Source: Candidatus Bathyarchaeota archaeon (GTDB lineage: Archaea > Thermoproteota > Bathyarchaeia > Bathyarchaeales > Bathycorpusculaceae). From it: a stretch of 64,000 nt of DNA. Shown here piece after piece: positions 1 through 9,877 of the stretch. Each line of letters opens with the position of its first letter. Positions within the stretch are counted from its first letter, which is position 1. The position numbers and the translations under genes are program-made. The notes under the pieces were generated by a model. It was given only the letters and a program-made list of their open reading frames with translations. It was not told the origin of the DNA and did no database searches. Where the stretch lies: NCBI GenBank assembly GCA_963739305.1, contig CAVTZU010000011.1, positions 92,152 through 156,151 of the forward strand, written 5' to 3'.

Positions 1-1287
1 TACTACTGCCCCTACTATTATCATAGGGCCCATCTGAACCGGTACGGTGAAAGAGTATATCGAAATTGCCAGGACGATTGACATGACGATTATCAGGAGA
101 GCCCAAACCGTGCTTTCGTAACCTATGGCGATTCCGGATATTATTACGATGGCTGCACCGGTTTTGGCGGACTTTACTATTTCCTTGACTGATCCTGTGT
201 TTCGTTGAGTGAACGCTCCGGTGTATTTGTTGAAAGCTATGGCCAGCAATATTCCGGTCGCTGTTGCCGCGAAAAGCCGCAAATCCTGAACATAGAAGTA
301 GGCGATAAAGAAAAAGGCCGTCGTAGATATGATTGACGATAGGTCATAGGATAAATCCATCGCTCGAAATGCGTCACCTTTGGTTGGCCACCACCCGACT
401 GCGTAAGTACCGATGATCGAGCTAAACACGCCGATAGCTCGAACTAGCAAGGGGAATATGATCCATTTCAGACTGTGAGTCGGATCAATTACCGATACGG
501 CCAGACCCAAGATCAAGGCAGAAACCATCGTAACCTCATATGACTCGAATACATCCTCAGCCATCCCGCTGAAGTCACCTACGTTATCACCGACTAGGTC
601 AGCGATGACTGCTGCGTTACGTGGATCGTCCTCAGGAATGCCTTTCTCGACTTTGCCAACCAGGTCCGCTCCGACGTCTGCGGCTTTGGTATAAATGCCA
701 CCTCCAACTCGCATAAACATGGCTAGTAGGGTACCACCGAAACCGAAACCCAGTAACACTTCGGGGGCATGTGTGCCATACAAAATGAATATTGTCGTAC
801 CTCCAAGCAGTCCCAGCCCGTCGGCCAACATTCCAGCAATGGTCCCTGATCGATAAGCAACGCGCAAGGCTCCTTGGAAGGAGCCAATCCGAGCTTGTTG
901 GGCTACTCTGACGTTGGCTCGTGTTCCAATTATTCTGAGTCCAATCTGTCCTATCGCCAACGAGCAGGCAGCTCCAAACAGTAGCGCAATCCCACGTCCT
1001 ATGTAGATTTCTACGGGTGATCTTGCAAAATAGGCCGTCAAAGCTAGGGCCAAAGCAAGAATGAACGCAATTGGGACAACTACTTCCATCTGGCGGTTAA
1101 GGTAAGCCACGGCTCCTTTGCGGATCGAGTTCGAAATATCCTGCATCTTGGGGGTGCCAGGGTCATATTTTAGCACCCTTCGAGACAACCAAAAAGCGTA
1201 GATAAGTGCGGCTATACCGGTGCCGAGGACAAGGAACAAAGCTGTTTGCTCAAACTGGGATATGCCGCTAGTCAGAATTGAGTCCAT
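1..1287 (-). CDS. hppA: Membrane-bound ion-translocating pyrophosphatase (N-terminal part, runs off the window)
   Basis: Manual translation from ATG at 1287 (MDSILTSGISQFEQ...). Contains GGGIYTKAADVGADLVGKVEKGIPEDDPRNAAVIADLVGDNVGD. Absent from the ORF track because no stop lies in the window. Confidence 0.92.
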   Translation of the reverse strand, partial: MDSILTSGISQFEQTALFLVLGTGIAALIYAFWLSRRVLKYDPGTPKMQDISNSIRKGAVAYLNRQMEVVVPIAFILALALALTAYFARSPVEIYIGRGIALLFGAACSLAIGQIGLRIIGTRANVRVAQQARIGSFQGALRVAYRSGTIAGMLADGLGLLGGTTIFILYGTHAPEVLLGFGFGGTLLAMFMRVGGGIYTKAADVGADLVGKVEKGIPEDDPRNAAVIADLVGDNVGDFSGMAEDVFESYEVTMVSALILGLAVSVIDPTHSLKWIIFPLLVRAIGVFSSIIGTYAVGWWPTKGDAFRAMDLSYDLSSIISTTAFFFIAYFYVQDLRLFAATATGILLAIAFNKYTGAFTQRNTGSVKEIVKSAKTGAAIVIISGIAIGYESTVWALLIIVMSIVLAISIYSFTVPVQMGPMIIVGAVV

Positions 1288-1512
1288 CTTATATGGCTCC
1301 TTTCACACCACTTGAATTGGTTCAAAATAAAAACTTTTTCCCAACTGGAACTAGATTCAAATGTCCCTGAGGGGAATGGAAATCTTCCGCATATCCATTC
1401 TTTCTATCATATCAAAAGGCAGTTCGCTGACTGTTGGATAAACAAGAAAGCAGAATTTGCTTCATTGGTTCATTTCAAGAGAAATGTTGTGGTGTGCTTT
1501 CGTTGGACCAGT

Positions 1513-3000
1513 TTAGGCCAGAACTGAGGTTAAGAGACGGGTTATCAGGTCTGGGAAAATTCCGATGAGGAGTGATATGAAGGCTAGTGCGAAGAGCGGG
1601 GCAACCATGGAAATCGGTGCCTCTTTGACCTTATCCATTGACTGTGGGAGTTCTCCGAAGAACATTCTGACTGCCGGCCAGAAGGTGTAGGCGACGGTTA
1701 GAAAAGTCGCCAAAATCCCTATGACTGCCAGGGCTAAACCAAACGTGCCACCGAGTATCCCTTGCTTGAAGACGCCTGTAAATAACATCCACTCCGCCTG
1801 AAAGCCACTGAGCGGAGGGATCGCAGAGAGAATCATGGAACCGAGAAGACATACCGTTGCTGTCAGAGGCATTTTTCGTGCCAGCCCTCCCATCTTACTT
1901 ATGCTTCTCGTTCCCGTTTGAGAAAGCATGATGCCTGCAACCGAGAAGAGAATACACTTGCCGAGCATGTGGCTTATGAAATAGTAAACACCGCCGACAA
2001 CACCGATGGTTGTCATACTCGCGATTCCCAGGATTGAATAGGCGGTTTGGCTTATTGTCGAGCAGGCGTACAGTCGTTTGACATCATCTTGTGCCATCGT
2101 AAGAAATGCTCCGTAAATGATTGTGACAACCGCGAGAATCGACAGCGGAATCTGGAACAATTGAAAAGTGGTGAGCATATTTCCGAAAAGCAGACGTGCA
2201 AACACGTAGTTTCCAAGACCGACAATTGTTGCAATGATCGCGGCGATTGATGTTGGGTGTTCACCGTGAGCGTAGGGTAGCCAGACGTGGAAGCCGAAGG
2301 TTGCCATTTTGAATAGCCAACCGACGACCATGAACAAGCATACCCAGAGTCCAAGCGATGTATTGTCAATCAATGAGAGGGCAGTGATTTCAAAACTGCC
2401 CGTTCCGGCGTAGGCTAAGACGATTCCTATTAGAAAGAGTGCGGCTCCAACGTGATTCCAGATGAAGTACATCATGGCGATGCGATGCCTGTCCACGTAT
2501 CCAAAAAGATCAATCATTATGTAGGAAGGTATCAGCGCTAACTCCACGAAAAGGTACATTGCGATGAGGTTTGTGGAGAGCGCTACGCCGGTAAGGCCAA
2601 CTGAGAACAAAAGGTAGATTGAGTAGTAGACTCTGTACATTCCTGTCGATTCTTTTCCATACAACTCCTCTATTCTGTGCTGCATATAGCGGATCGAATA
2701 GACGGCGCATGCAGTGCAAACGAGGTTCATTACCAGGGCTACCGGCAGGCTTAAACCGTCTGCTCGGAATCCAAATTTCAGATTTGGAATAGTGGCGCTC
2801 CAATTGTACTGCTCAAAAACCTGCCCCCCGTTGTAGAATATGTCTAGACCCGCGTACAATAGCAGAAGAGACGTGTACAGGAGGACGCCGAAAACGATCC
2901 AGCCTAGACGTTTACCTATGCGTTTTCCTAGAAGTGCTACGACTAATGAAGAGACAATTGGGACGATGATGACTTGGAGTAGCAGGTAAGGAATCTGCAT
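1513..3000 (-). CDS. nuoM: Antiporter-like membrane subunit (NuoM/MrpD-like) of the hydrogenase complex
   Basis: 495 aa polytopic protein; FHVWLPYAH, DDVKRLYACSTISQ, PPLSGFQAEW motifs. Confidence 0.85.
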   Translation of the reverse strand: MQIPYLLLQVIIVPIVSSLVVALLGKRIGKRLGWIVFGVLLYTSLLLLYAGLDIFYNGGQVFEQYNWSATIPNLKFGFRADGLSLPVALVMNLVCTACAVYSIRYMQHRIEELYGKESTGMYRVYYSIYLLFSVGLTGVALSTNLIAMYLFVELALIPSYIMIDLFGYVDRHRIAMMYFIWNHVGAALFLIGIVLAYAGTGSFEITALSLIDNTSLGLWVCLFMVVGWLFKMATFGFHVWLPYAHGEHPTSIAAIIATIVGLGNYVFARLLFGNMLTTFQLFQIPLSILAVVTIIYGAFLTMAQDDVKRLYACSTISQTAYSILGIASMTTIGVVGGVYYFISHMLGKCILFSVAGIMLSQTGTRSISKMGGLARKMPLTATVCLLGSMILSAIPPLSGFQAEWMLFTGVFKQGILGGTFGLALAVIGILATFLTVAYTFWPAVRMFFGELPQSMDKVKEAPISMVAPLFALAFISLLIGIFPDLITRLLTSVLA

Positions 3001-5055
3001 CTAGAAGACCCCCAGCCCGCGTAGGCCGATTAGTATGGCGGCGATGAGCAGGATGAAGTAAAGCAAGTTCACTGATAGTATCCCCGTCTGGATTTTCTTT
3101 GCGCTTCTGTGAACTCCGGCGAAGAATGCTGGGACTTCGACGTTGAGGAGGCGGTCAAGTGGGTTTTCGATGAAACGTACGGCTCCTTCTTTCATTGCGA
3201 GAGCGGTCTTCACGAATGCTGCGTTGTAGAAGGCTTCCATGTACCACCGGTTCCAGAGGAACCGATGTATCCGTCTAAGGCCCGTGTGCTTGGACAGGAG
3301 GCTTTCGGCGTCAGCTTTGTGGGATATGAAGAATCGGTAGGCAGGCACCATGCCTATTGCTATCATTGCGATTGAGCTTAGCGCGATTGAAATCTCGAGA
3401 AACACAGTGTTTGACCCGATGTTCGTTGCGGTTGTATTGGCGATGTTGACCAGCCCGAGAGAATCTGTTACATATCTCTTGAAGACGTCGGTTAGGAACT
3501 CGTTGACCCAGGGTCCTGCCAGTCCGATCGCGACAGTGAGCGCCGACAATATGCCGAGTGGTGCAAGCATCAGGTTGCTGGTTTCTTTCTTGTGTTCCGC
3601 ATTTGTTTCTTCTGGTTGTTTCTTGTTGAAGATCATACCCATGATTCGCACGGCGTAGAGTGATGTCAATATGACTGTTATCAGGCTCACGGCAAACAGG
3701 CCGTACTGGCCGCTTTGCCAGCAGGTCAGGAGGACTGCGTCTTTGCTCCAGAAGCCGGAGAGAGGGGGGAAGCCTATTAGTGAGAGAGCTGCGATCCACA
3801 TGAAAAGCCAGGTCAGGTTCATTTTTCGGCGTGATAGTTTCATGTCGGGCATGTAGATTGAACCTGAAACGTGGATGATTATGCCAGCGCACAGGAACAG
3901 GGCTGCTTTGAAGATGCCGTGGTTTATTAGGAAGAATATTCCAGCGGACATTCCTTCGGCGAGTGTACCCGAGCTCAGTCCGGAGACGCCGAGTGCGAGC
4001 ATCATGTAGCCTATGGTGCTCATCGTGGAGTAGGCCAGCGCCTTTTTGAGTTCCTGGGCCACTAGCGCTTGGGATGCTCCCAAGAAAAGTGTGAAGCCGC
4101 CGATGGCTGCTACGAGGACGAAGAAGATCGAAGCTTCTGGAAGATTTAGCATCCAGTAGCCGACGAAGAATATCGGCAGGATTCGGGCGACTAAGTAGAC
4201 TCCTGCCTTCACCATCGTGGCAGCATGAATGAGGGCTGAAACGGGTGTGGGTCCCGCCATCGCTTCCGGTAGCCATTCTTGAAAGGGAAACTGCGCGGAC
4301 TTGGCAAGAGGTCCGGCGAGGATAAGGATCGCTGTGAGGGTTAGGACTCCGGGGCTTGCGGCCATCGCGGCTAACCAACCGCCGCCTGCTGCTTGTGCGG
4401 TTTGCAGGAGCTGCATGAAGTTGAAGGTGCCTGAGTACAGGTAGATCACGATGATGCCTGCGAGCAGCGAGATGTCGCCGACGGAGGTGACTAAGAGGGC
4501 TTTCAGGCCGGCTCTTGACGGTTTCCAGAACGGTGTAGGCGGTGGTCCTCCTATCCAGTGTTCTTTTTCATCGTTGTAGTAGTAGCCTATCAGGGCGAAG
4601 CTGCATAGACCCACAATTTTCCAGCCGACAAAGAAAAGTATGAAGTTGTCGGCCATCACCAAAAGGAGCATGCCGCTCATGAAGAGTGACATCAAGAACC
4701 AGTAGCGGCCAGAGTTGGGGTCGTCTTCTACGTACTTCAGAGAGTAGACGAGTATGAGGAGCCCGAGGAAGGCGACTATGTTTGCCAAGATGATGCTTAA
4801 TGCATCTACGAGCATTCCGACGTGTAAGCCTGTGCCAAATGGAAGGCTGAACCAGAACAACTGTTTATCAAGGATGCTTGAAGTGAAAAGGTCTGGAATC
4901 ATGAAAGCTGCCATGAGCCAGCCTAGGAACGAGAAGACGACAACGGTGACGCCTCTGACTGTTCTCCCGGCTCTCGCCAAGACCAATGAGAGTATGGCTC
5001 CGATCGCGGGGAAGATCCATATGAGCCATGGGACAATGTCAGGGTTCCAGATCAT
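3001..5055 (-). CDS. nuoL: NuoL-like antiporter subunit
   Basis: 684 aa; KSAQFPFQEWLPEAMAGPTPVSALIHAATMVKAGVYL signature and C-terminal lateral-helix region. Confidence 0.92.
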   Translation of the reverse strand: MIWNPDIVPWLIWIFPAIGAILSLVLARAGRTVRGVTVVVFSFLGWLMAAFMIPDLFTSSILDKQLFWFSLPFGTGLHVGMLVDALSIILANIVAFLGLLILVYSLKYVEDDPNSGRYWFLMSLFMSGMLLLVMADNFILFFVGWKIVGLCSFALIGYYYNDEKEHWIGGPPPTPFWKPSRAGLKALLVTSVGDISLLAGIIVIYLYSGTFNFMQLLQTAQAAGGGWLAAMAASPGVLTLTAILILAGPLAKSAQFPFQEWLPEAMAGPTPVSALIHAATMVKAGVYLVARILPIFFVGYWMLNLPEASIFFVLVAAIGGFTLFLGASQALVAQELKKALAYSTMSTIGYMMLALGVSGLSSGTLAEGMSAGIFFLINHGIFKAALFLCAGIIIHVSGSIYMPDMKLSRRKMNLTWLFMWIAALSLIGFPPLSGFWSKDAVLLTCWQSGQYGLFAVSLITVILTSLYAVRIMGMIFNKKQPEETNAEHKKETSNLMLAPLGILSALTVAIGLAGPWVNEFLTDVFKRYVTDSLGLVNIANTTATNIGSNTVFLEISIALSSIAMIAIGMVPAYRFFISHKADAESLLSKHTGLRRIHRFLWNRWYMEAFYNAAFVKTALAMKEGAVRFIENPLDRLLNVEVPAFFAGVHRSAKKIQTGILSVNLLYFILLIAAILIGLRGLGVF

Positions 5056-5060
5056 TCATG

Positions 5061-6536
5061 TCACCTGCCGGTCAGCGCGGGCAGCAATCCCGCGACTGCT
5101 TGTTGAGCGAGTTTTATTACTGGCTCAGGGTAGATTCCGAATATGATTATGAGGGCGGTCATGACGCCAATTGGGATAAGCATGAGAATCGGTGCTTCTT
5201 TTGCTTTTTCAGCGGCGTTGGACAATGTAGGTTGTATGAGTGCCTTGAGTACTCTGAGATAGAATGCCGCTGAGAGTATGCTGTTGAGTACTATGGCGAC
5301 TCCGAGCCACGCGACATTTGCAGTTGTCGCTGCTGTTAGCAGCGTCAATTCGCTTATGAAGCCGTTAAGGGGAGGCATGCCTATCAGCGCGAAAAGGGAA
5401 ACAGCGAAGAATATTGTTGTGATGGGCATTTTGCGGCCGACTCCAGAGAACTCTTTTAGGCTTCTTGTTTCCAAGCGGAAGATGATGGCGCCGGCGCACA
5501 AGAAGGCCGCGCCTTTCATCAAGGAGTGGTTAAAGATGTGCAGGAGCGTGCCGGTCAGACCTAGCTGTGTTCCCACGGCAAGTCCGACAAGCATGTAGCC
5601 GACGTGTCCGATGCTTGAGTACGCGAGCAGTCTTTTGACGTCGTCTTGCAGCAAGGCCGTGACGTTTCCCAGTGTCATTGTTAGAATGCTTAGAATTGCG
5701 AGGATGCTGAACCATTGTTGCTGAACAGAAAAGAACGCGGTGAAGAAGGTGCGGAGTAACGCGTAAACGCCGGTTTCGATTACGACGCCAGAGAGCATTG
5801 CCGAGATAGGTGTTGGAGCTGCTGAGTGCGCGTCAGGCAGCCAAGTGTGTAGGGGGACGATTGCGGCCTTGACGCCGAACCCGACGAGGATGAACAGGAA
5901 GGCGATGTAGAACCAGACGGTTGACGGTGCTTGATTGAACGCTGCGTATAATCCTTGAAAGTTGAGGGTTCCGGCCATTCCATACAGGAAGGAGATGCCG
6001 AGGAGGATCGTTGCCGAGCCTGCGGCGCTCATTACTAGGTACTTGAAGCCTGCTTCTACTGGTTCCCATGTTTCTCTCCTGAAAGCTACGAGTACGTAGG
6101 ATGAAATTGACATGAGTTCCCAGAAAACGTATAGAGTGAAGAGGTCTCCTGCGAAGACTGTTCCGATCATGCCGCTTATCATTGCGAGTAGTAAAGTGAA
6201 GTAGAGCGGTTTGCCGCTGTCTTTCTCCATGTACTTGATCGAGTAGACGGCCGCAGCGAGACCTATGCCGATGAATATGCCTGTCATGAAAATGCTTAGC
6301 ATGTCCGTTCTTACTATTGCAGAGAACAATCCGCTGCCTGTTGCAGGCGTTGGGTTTGATGAGAAGTTCGTGTACATGATGTACAGGCTTATTCCGGCGG
6401 CGATGAGTCCGATTGAAGCGTAGACTCCGGTGAAACTTCGTTTGCGCATTCTTGAAGCGAGCGCTCCGACCAGCGGCGCAGTGACGGTGAACAGCAGGAG
6501 TGTGTCGAGGACGAGGTTGAACAAGCTATTGATCAT
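5061..6536 (-). CDS. nuoN: NuoN/MrpD-like antiporter subunit
   Basis: 491 aa; EAGFKYL, KAAIVPLHTWLPDAHSAAPTPISAMLSG, KRLLAYSSIGHVGY. Confidence 0.85.
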   Translation of the reverse strand: MINSLFNLVLDTLLLFTVTAPLVGALASRMRKRSFTGVYASIGLIAAGISLYIMYTNFSSNPTPATGSGLFSAIVRTDMLSIFMTGIFIGIGLAAAVYSIKYMEKDSGKPLYFTLLLAMISGMIGTVFAGDLFTLYVFWELMSISSYVLVAFRRETWEPVEAGFKYLVMSAAGSATILLGISFLYGMAGTLNFQGLYAAFNQAPSTVWFYIAFLFILVGFGVKAAIVPLHTWLPDAHSAAPTPISAMLSGVVIETGVYALLRTFFTAFFSVQQQWFSILAILSILTMTLGNVTALLQDDVKRLLAYSSIGHVGYMLVGLAVGTQLGLTGTLLHIFNHSLMKGAAFLCAGAIIFRLETRSLKEFSGVGRKMPITTIFFAVSLFALIGMPPLNGFISELTLLTAATTANVAWLGVAIVLNSILSAAFYLRVLKALIQPTLSNAAEKAKEAPILMLIPIGVMTALIIIFGIYPEPVIKLAQQAVAGLLPALTGR

Positions 6537-6847
6537 CCTCTGAGTCGTCTTATTTCTCTAACGTCCAGGGTGCCGAAGTGTTTGTAGACGTAAACGACGA
6601 GTATCAGTGCAACGGCGCTCACGGAGCCGGATATGCCTATCGAAATGATGGCCATCGAGTGTGATAACGGATCTACGAAGCCTGGCAATGCGTAAGCTCC
6701 GAAAGCGATGAAGCTGACGTTTGCTGCGTTCAGGAGGATTTCTATTCCTAGGATGAGCCTGATCATGTTTCGTTTTGTTGCAAGGCAGTACATTCCAATC
6801 AAATAGAGGCCGAGTGCGAAGATTATATAGTATGAAAGGTCAATCAT
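6533..6847 (-). CDS. nuoK: NuoK-like subunit
   Basis: 104 aa, 3 TM; RNMIRLILGIEILLNAAN and C-terminal LRG. Confidence 0.9.
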   Translation of the reverse strand: MIDLSYYIIFALGLYLIGMYCLATKRNMIRLILGIEILLNAANVSFIAFGAYALPGFVDPLSHSMAIISIGISGSVSAVALILVVYVYKHFGTLDVREIRRLRG

Positions 6848-7124
6848 TCGCGTCTTCCTCTTTGTGCGTTGTCCTTAGGATGGCAAGAGATCCTGCTGCT
6901 GCGGCGAATATGACGAAGGCTTGGGCAACTAAGTCTAGCGTACGGTCGGTCCACATGAAAACGCTGTCCTTGGCTCCGATGTCTTGCGTAACGTTTATGA
7001 ATCGATCGGAGCTGGAGGCAAATTTGAATATTGGGAAAGGCGACTGAATTACTATCAACGCGAAAAGTGCTATTGTTAATAATGCTGCGAGAGAACCTGC
7101 GATCGTTATTCTATCGGGATTCAA
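6840..7124 (-). CDS. Small membrane subunit (split NuoJ C-terminal half-like)
   Basis: 94 aa, 2 TM; MWTDRTLDLVAQAFVIFAA; lies between the NuoJ N-half and NuoK. Confidence 0.65.
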   Translation of the reverse strand: MNPDRITIAGSLAALLTIALFALIVIQSPFPIFKFASSSDRFINVTQDIGAKDSVFMWTDRTLDLVAQAFVIFAAAAGSLAILRTTHKEEDAND

Positions 7125-7376
7125 CTACCTCAGTTTCTCCTTCTGAGAAGTCAGCATGATTGCGGCCAGGAATATCGTTACGACAGCGCCCGCGTATATG
7201 AGAAGCTGGAAGACGGCCACATAAGGCGCATTCAAGATCCAAAAAAGGGCTCCGATCGCGATACACATGCCAGAGAACGAGATGACGGCATAAAGTATCT
7301 TCTTTAGCTCGACCGTAAGAAACGCCAGAATCAGTGCGGCAAACATCAAAATCAGTTGAAGAACCTCGGTTAGCAC
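7125..7376 (-). CDS. nuoJ: NuoJ N-terminal half-like subunit
   Basis: LNAPYVAVFQLLIYAGAVV motif; GTG start at 7376 after a GGAGG-like RBS. Confidence 0.8.
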   Translation of the reverse strand: MLTEVLQLILMFAALILAFLTVELKKILYAVISFSGMCIAIGALFWILNAPYVAVFQLLIYAGAVVTIFLAAIMLTSQKEKLR

Positions 7377-7413
7377 CCCACGTTTCCTCCTTGATTTTGG
7401 CGATTTGTTTAAC

Positions 7414-7444
7414 AAAAGCTTTAAAGGTTCTTTTAAAAGCTTTT
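7414..7444. promoter_or_regulatory. Overlapping divergent BRE/TATA promoters of the hydrogenase cluster
   Basis: AAAAGCTTTAAAG-GTT-CTTTTAAAAGCTTTT near-inverted repeat gives a purine-rich BRE plus TTTAAA on each strand, in the 88-bp gap between the nuoJ and nuoA starts. Confidence 0.65.
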
Positions 7445-7464
7445 TACTTGGTCGAGGGACTTTA

Positions 7465-7797
7465 ATGGAGCAGATTTATCTTCTTCCCGCAGTGTTTGGT
7501 GTCTCTCTCCTGTTGGCCGCGGCGATTTACTTAGTCGGCGGAAGAATGCAGCCTAGGAAAACGTCGCAAGACGTGAGAAAAACCGAGTCTTACGCTTGTG
7601 GAGAAAACCTGCCCATCGAGGATCTAAGGGTGGACATGGAGAGGTTTCTTATGTTTGCTGTGTACTTTCTCATTTTTGACGTGCTTGCCTTCACTTTGGC
7701 GACGTCATTCTTCACATTAGGTCTGGTTCCGACAGCTTACGCTTTAATCGTGTTAACGGCAGTTGCAATGCTTGTTATTGCGAGGAGGCATCAGTAA
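7465..7797 (+). CDS. nuoA: NuoA-like subunit
   Basis: KTESYACGE and FAVYFLIFDV motifs, 3 TM. Confidence 0.85.
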   Translation: MEQIYLLPAVFGVSLLLAAAIYLVGGRMQPRKTSQDVRKTESYACGENLPIEDLRVDMERFLMFAVYFLIFDVLAFTLATSFFTLGLVPTAYALIVLTAVAMLVIARRHQ

Positions 7798-7798
7798 G

Positions 7799-8218
7799 AT
7801 GAGTATACGTAATTGGGCACGCGCGAAATCGCCCTGGCTGCTGCATTTCAACACGGGCGGATGCAACGGATGCGACATAGAGTTGGTTGCGGCGTTGACT
7901 CCAACGTTTGACGTTGAACGTTTCGGCATTAAGCTGCAGGGAAGCCCCAGGCACGCGGACATACTAGCGGTAACAGGACCCGTGACAGTTCAAATAAAAG
8001 ATCGCTTGATGCGGGTTTATGAACAGGTGCCTGAGCCGAAGAAAGTCGTGGCTATAGGCGCCTGTGCCATTAGTGGGGCGCCGTTCAAGGACTGCTACAA
8101 CGTTCACGGTGGGATTGACACTTTACTCCACGTCGACGCTTATGTTCCTGGATGTCCGCCCAAGCCTGAAGCTATCATCGACGGCTTAGCGAAGTTGATT
8201 TCGAAGAAGAAAGAGTGA
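7799..8218 (+). CDS. nuoB: Hydrogenase small subunit (NuoB-like)
   Basis: GGCNGCDIE, SPRHAD, GACA, VPGCPPKPE. Confidence 0.92.
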   Translation: MSIRNWARAKSPWLLHFNTGGCNGCDIELVAALTPTFDVERFGIKLQGSPRHADILAVTGPVTVQIKDRLMRVYEQVPEPKKVVAIGACAISGAPFKDCYNVHGGIDTLLHVDAYVPGCPPKPEAIIDGLAKLISKKKE

Positions 8219-8697
8219 TGCTGATGGAGCGAGAGAACGAGATTACCAAGAATCTGCAGCTGATTTTCGGCGAGAAGCTAATCGAAATCAAGAATCCAAG
8301 GATGAGAAGGATCTTTGCGCGCGTAGAGGCGGATTCATTCAAGGCAGCGTTACCTCGCCTAATCAACGACGTGAAGCTGAATCATCTTGTGACGATCACG
8401 GGCATAGATCTGGGTCAAGAAATCGAGTTGCTTTATCACTTCACTCACGATGGCTCAACAGTGGTTACGGTTGGGTTTAAGATCCCCAAAGATAGTCCGA
8501 CGGTCAAGACTATTACAGACTTGGTTCCAGGCGCCGTTCTTTATGAGCGTGAAATTCACGAAATATTGGGCGTAAACTTTGAGGGGCATCCCAACCTTGC
8601 GCCTCTGATTCTGCCTGAGGAATGGCCTGAAGGTATTTACCCGCTTAGGAAAGATCGCAAGTTTGAAGAACTTCGGGAGATAGGTTCCAAAAAGTAA
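8215..8697 (+). CDS. nuoC: NuoC-like subunit
   Basis: YEREIHEILGVNFEGHP and YPLRKD. Confidence 0.9.
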   Translation: MMLMERENEITKNLQLIFGEKLIEIKNPRMRRIFARVEADSFKAALPRLINDVKLNHLVTITGIDLGQEIELLYHFTHDGSTVVTVGFKIPKDSPTVKTITDLVPGAVLYEREIHEILGVNFEGHPNLAPLILPEEWPEGIYPLRKDRKFEELREIGSKK

Positions 8698-8710
8698 GGA
8701 GATATGGAAA

Positions 8711-9877
8711 ATGGGTTATGCGTCAACGATAAGAGTTCCCTTTGGTCCACAACACCCAGCTTTGAAGGAGCCTGAAAACTTCATTTTTGAAGTTGACGGC
8801 GACATCGTCGTAGGCGTGACTCCACGTCTGGGTTACGTTCATCGAGGGGCGGAAAAGGCATTTGAAATTCGGACATACGTACAGAATATATACTTGGCAG
8901 AAAGAGTCTGCGGCATTTGTAGTCATGCTCACACTACCTGTTATGTGCAAGCTGTCGAAGACATTTTAGGTGCTCAAGTTCCACCAAGGGCAAAGTACAT
9001 TCGGACCATAATCGCCGAGTTGGAAAGGCTTCACAGCCATTCTCTATGGGTTGGCATAGCTGCACACGAAGTAGGTTTCGACACGCTGTTCATGTACACT
9101 TGGAGGGACCGTGAAGCCATAATGGGTCTTCTTGAGGAGCTTTCAGGAAACCGCGTCCACTACGCTATGAACACGATTGGAGGAGTGCGCCGAGACATAA
9201 CGTCTGAAGGTGCATCAAAAACAAGAAGTACTCTCGACTCTTTCGAAAAGAGAACAAAAGATTACGCGAAGATTATGAAGACGGAAAGGACTTTCCAGAA
9301 GAGGGCACAAGGTGTGGGCATCTTAAAGAAGCAAGATGCCATCGACTTGGGCGCGGTAGGACCTACATTGCGTGGCAGCGGAGTGAAGAATGACGTTCGT
9401 GCTGACGACCCCTATGCGGCCTATGACGAGATACCCTTTGAGGTGATTTCTCATGAAGGATGCGATGTTCTCTGCAGGACGATTGTCAGGTGTGAGGAGA
9501 TGCTGCAAAGCATAAACATGGTTCGTTTTGCACTGGATCACATGCCAACTGGAGAGTTGCGGGTCAAAGTTCCTCCGGCTGTCCCAGCAGGCGAAGCGGT
9601 TTCAAGGGTTGAAGCCCCAAGAGGAGAACTGATGCATTATGCAAAATCGAATGGTACCACGAAGGCTGAAAGGTACAAAATTAGAAGCCCAACTCTCGCC
9701 AACATCCCAGCGTTGTGCAAAACGCTGATAGGCAGTCACATAGCTGACATACCGTTGATCTTGGCTGGAATCGACCCGTGCTTCTCATGCATGGATCGGA
9801 TGGCTTTCATCGATTCGAAAACGAGTAAAAGATGGATCTGGTCGATGGAGGAGCTGAGAAGGAAAACTTTGAAATGA
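8711..9877 (+). CDS. Group 4 [NiFe] hydrogenase large subunit (NuoD-like)
   Basis: Both Ni-binding motifs intact (ERVCGICSHAH and DPCFSCMDR); GPQHP; EAPRGE; C-terminal extension after the L2 motif. Confidence 0.93.
   Translation: MGYASTIRVPFGPQHPALKEPENFIFEVDGDIVVGVTPRLGYVHRGAEKAFEIRTYVQNIYLAERVCGICSHAHTTCYVQAVEDILGAQVPPRAKYIRTIIAELERLHSHSLWVGIAAHEVGFDTLFMYTWRDREAIMGLLEELSGNRVHYAMNTIGGVRRDITSEGASKTRSTLDSFEKRTKDYAKIMKTERTFQKRAQGVGILKKQDAIDLGAVGPTLRGSGVKNDVRADDPYAAYDEIPFEVISHEGCDVLCRTIVRCEEMLQSINMVRFALDHMPTGELRVKVPPAVPAGEAVSRVEAPRGELMHYAKSNGTTKAERYKIRSPTLANIPALCKTLIGSHIADIPLILAGIDPCFSCMDRMAFIDSKTSKRWIWSMEELRRKTLK

Noticed and set aside
3311-4378. Long alternative-frame ORFs (also 34908-35513 and 59250-59993)
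   Set aside because: Shadows of real genes with Arg/Pro/Ser-rich composition; the skewed wobble positions suppress stop codons.
8711-9877. NADH:quinone oxidoreductase (true complex I) or Mbx
   Set aside because: All four Ni-ligating cysteines are present, HypE is adjacent and no NADH-input module is encoded.
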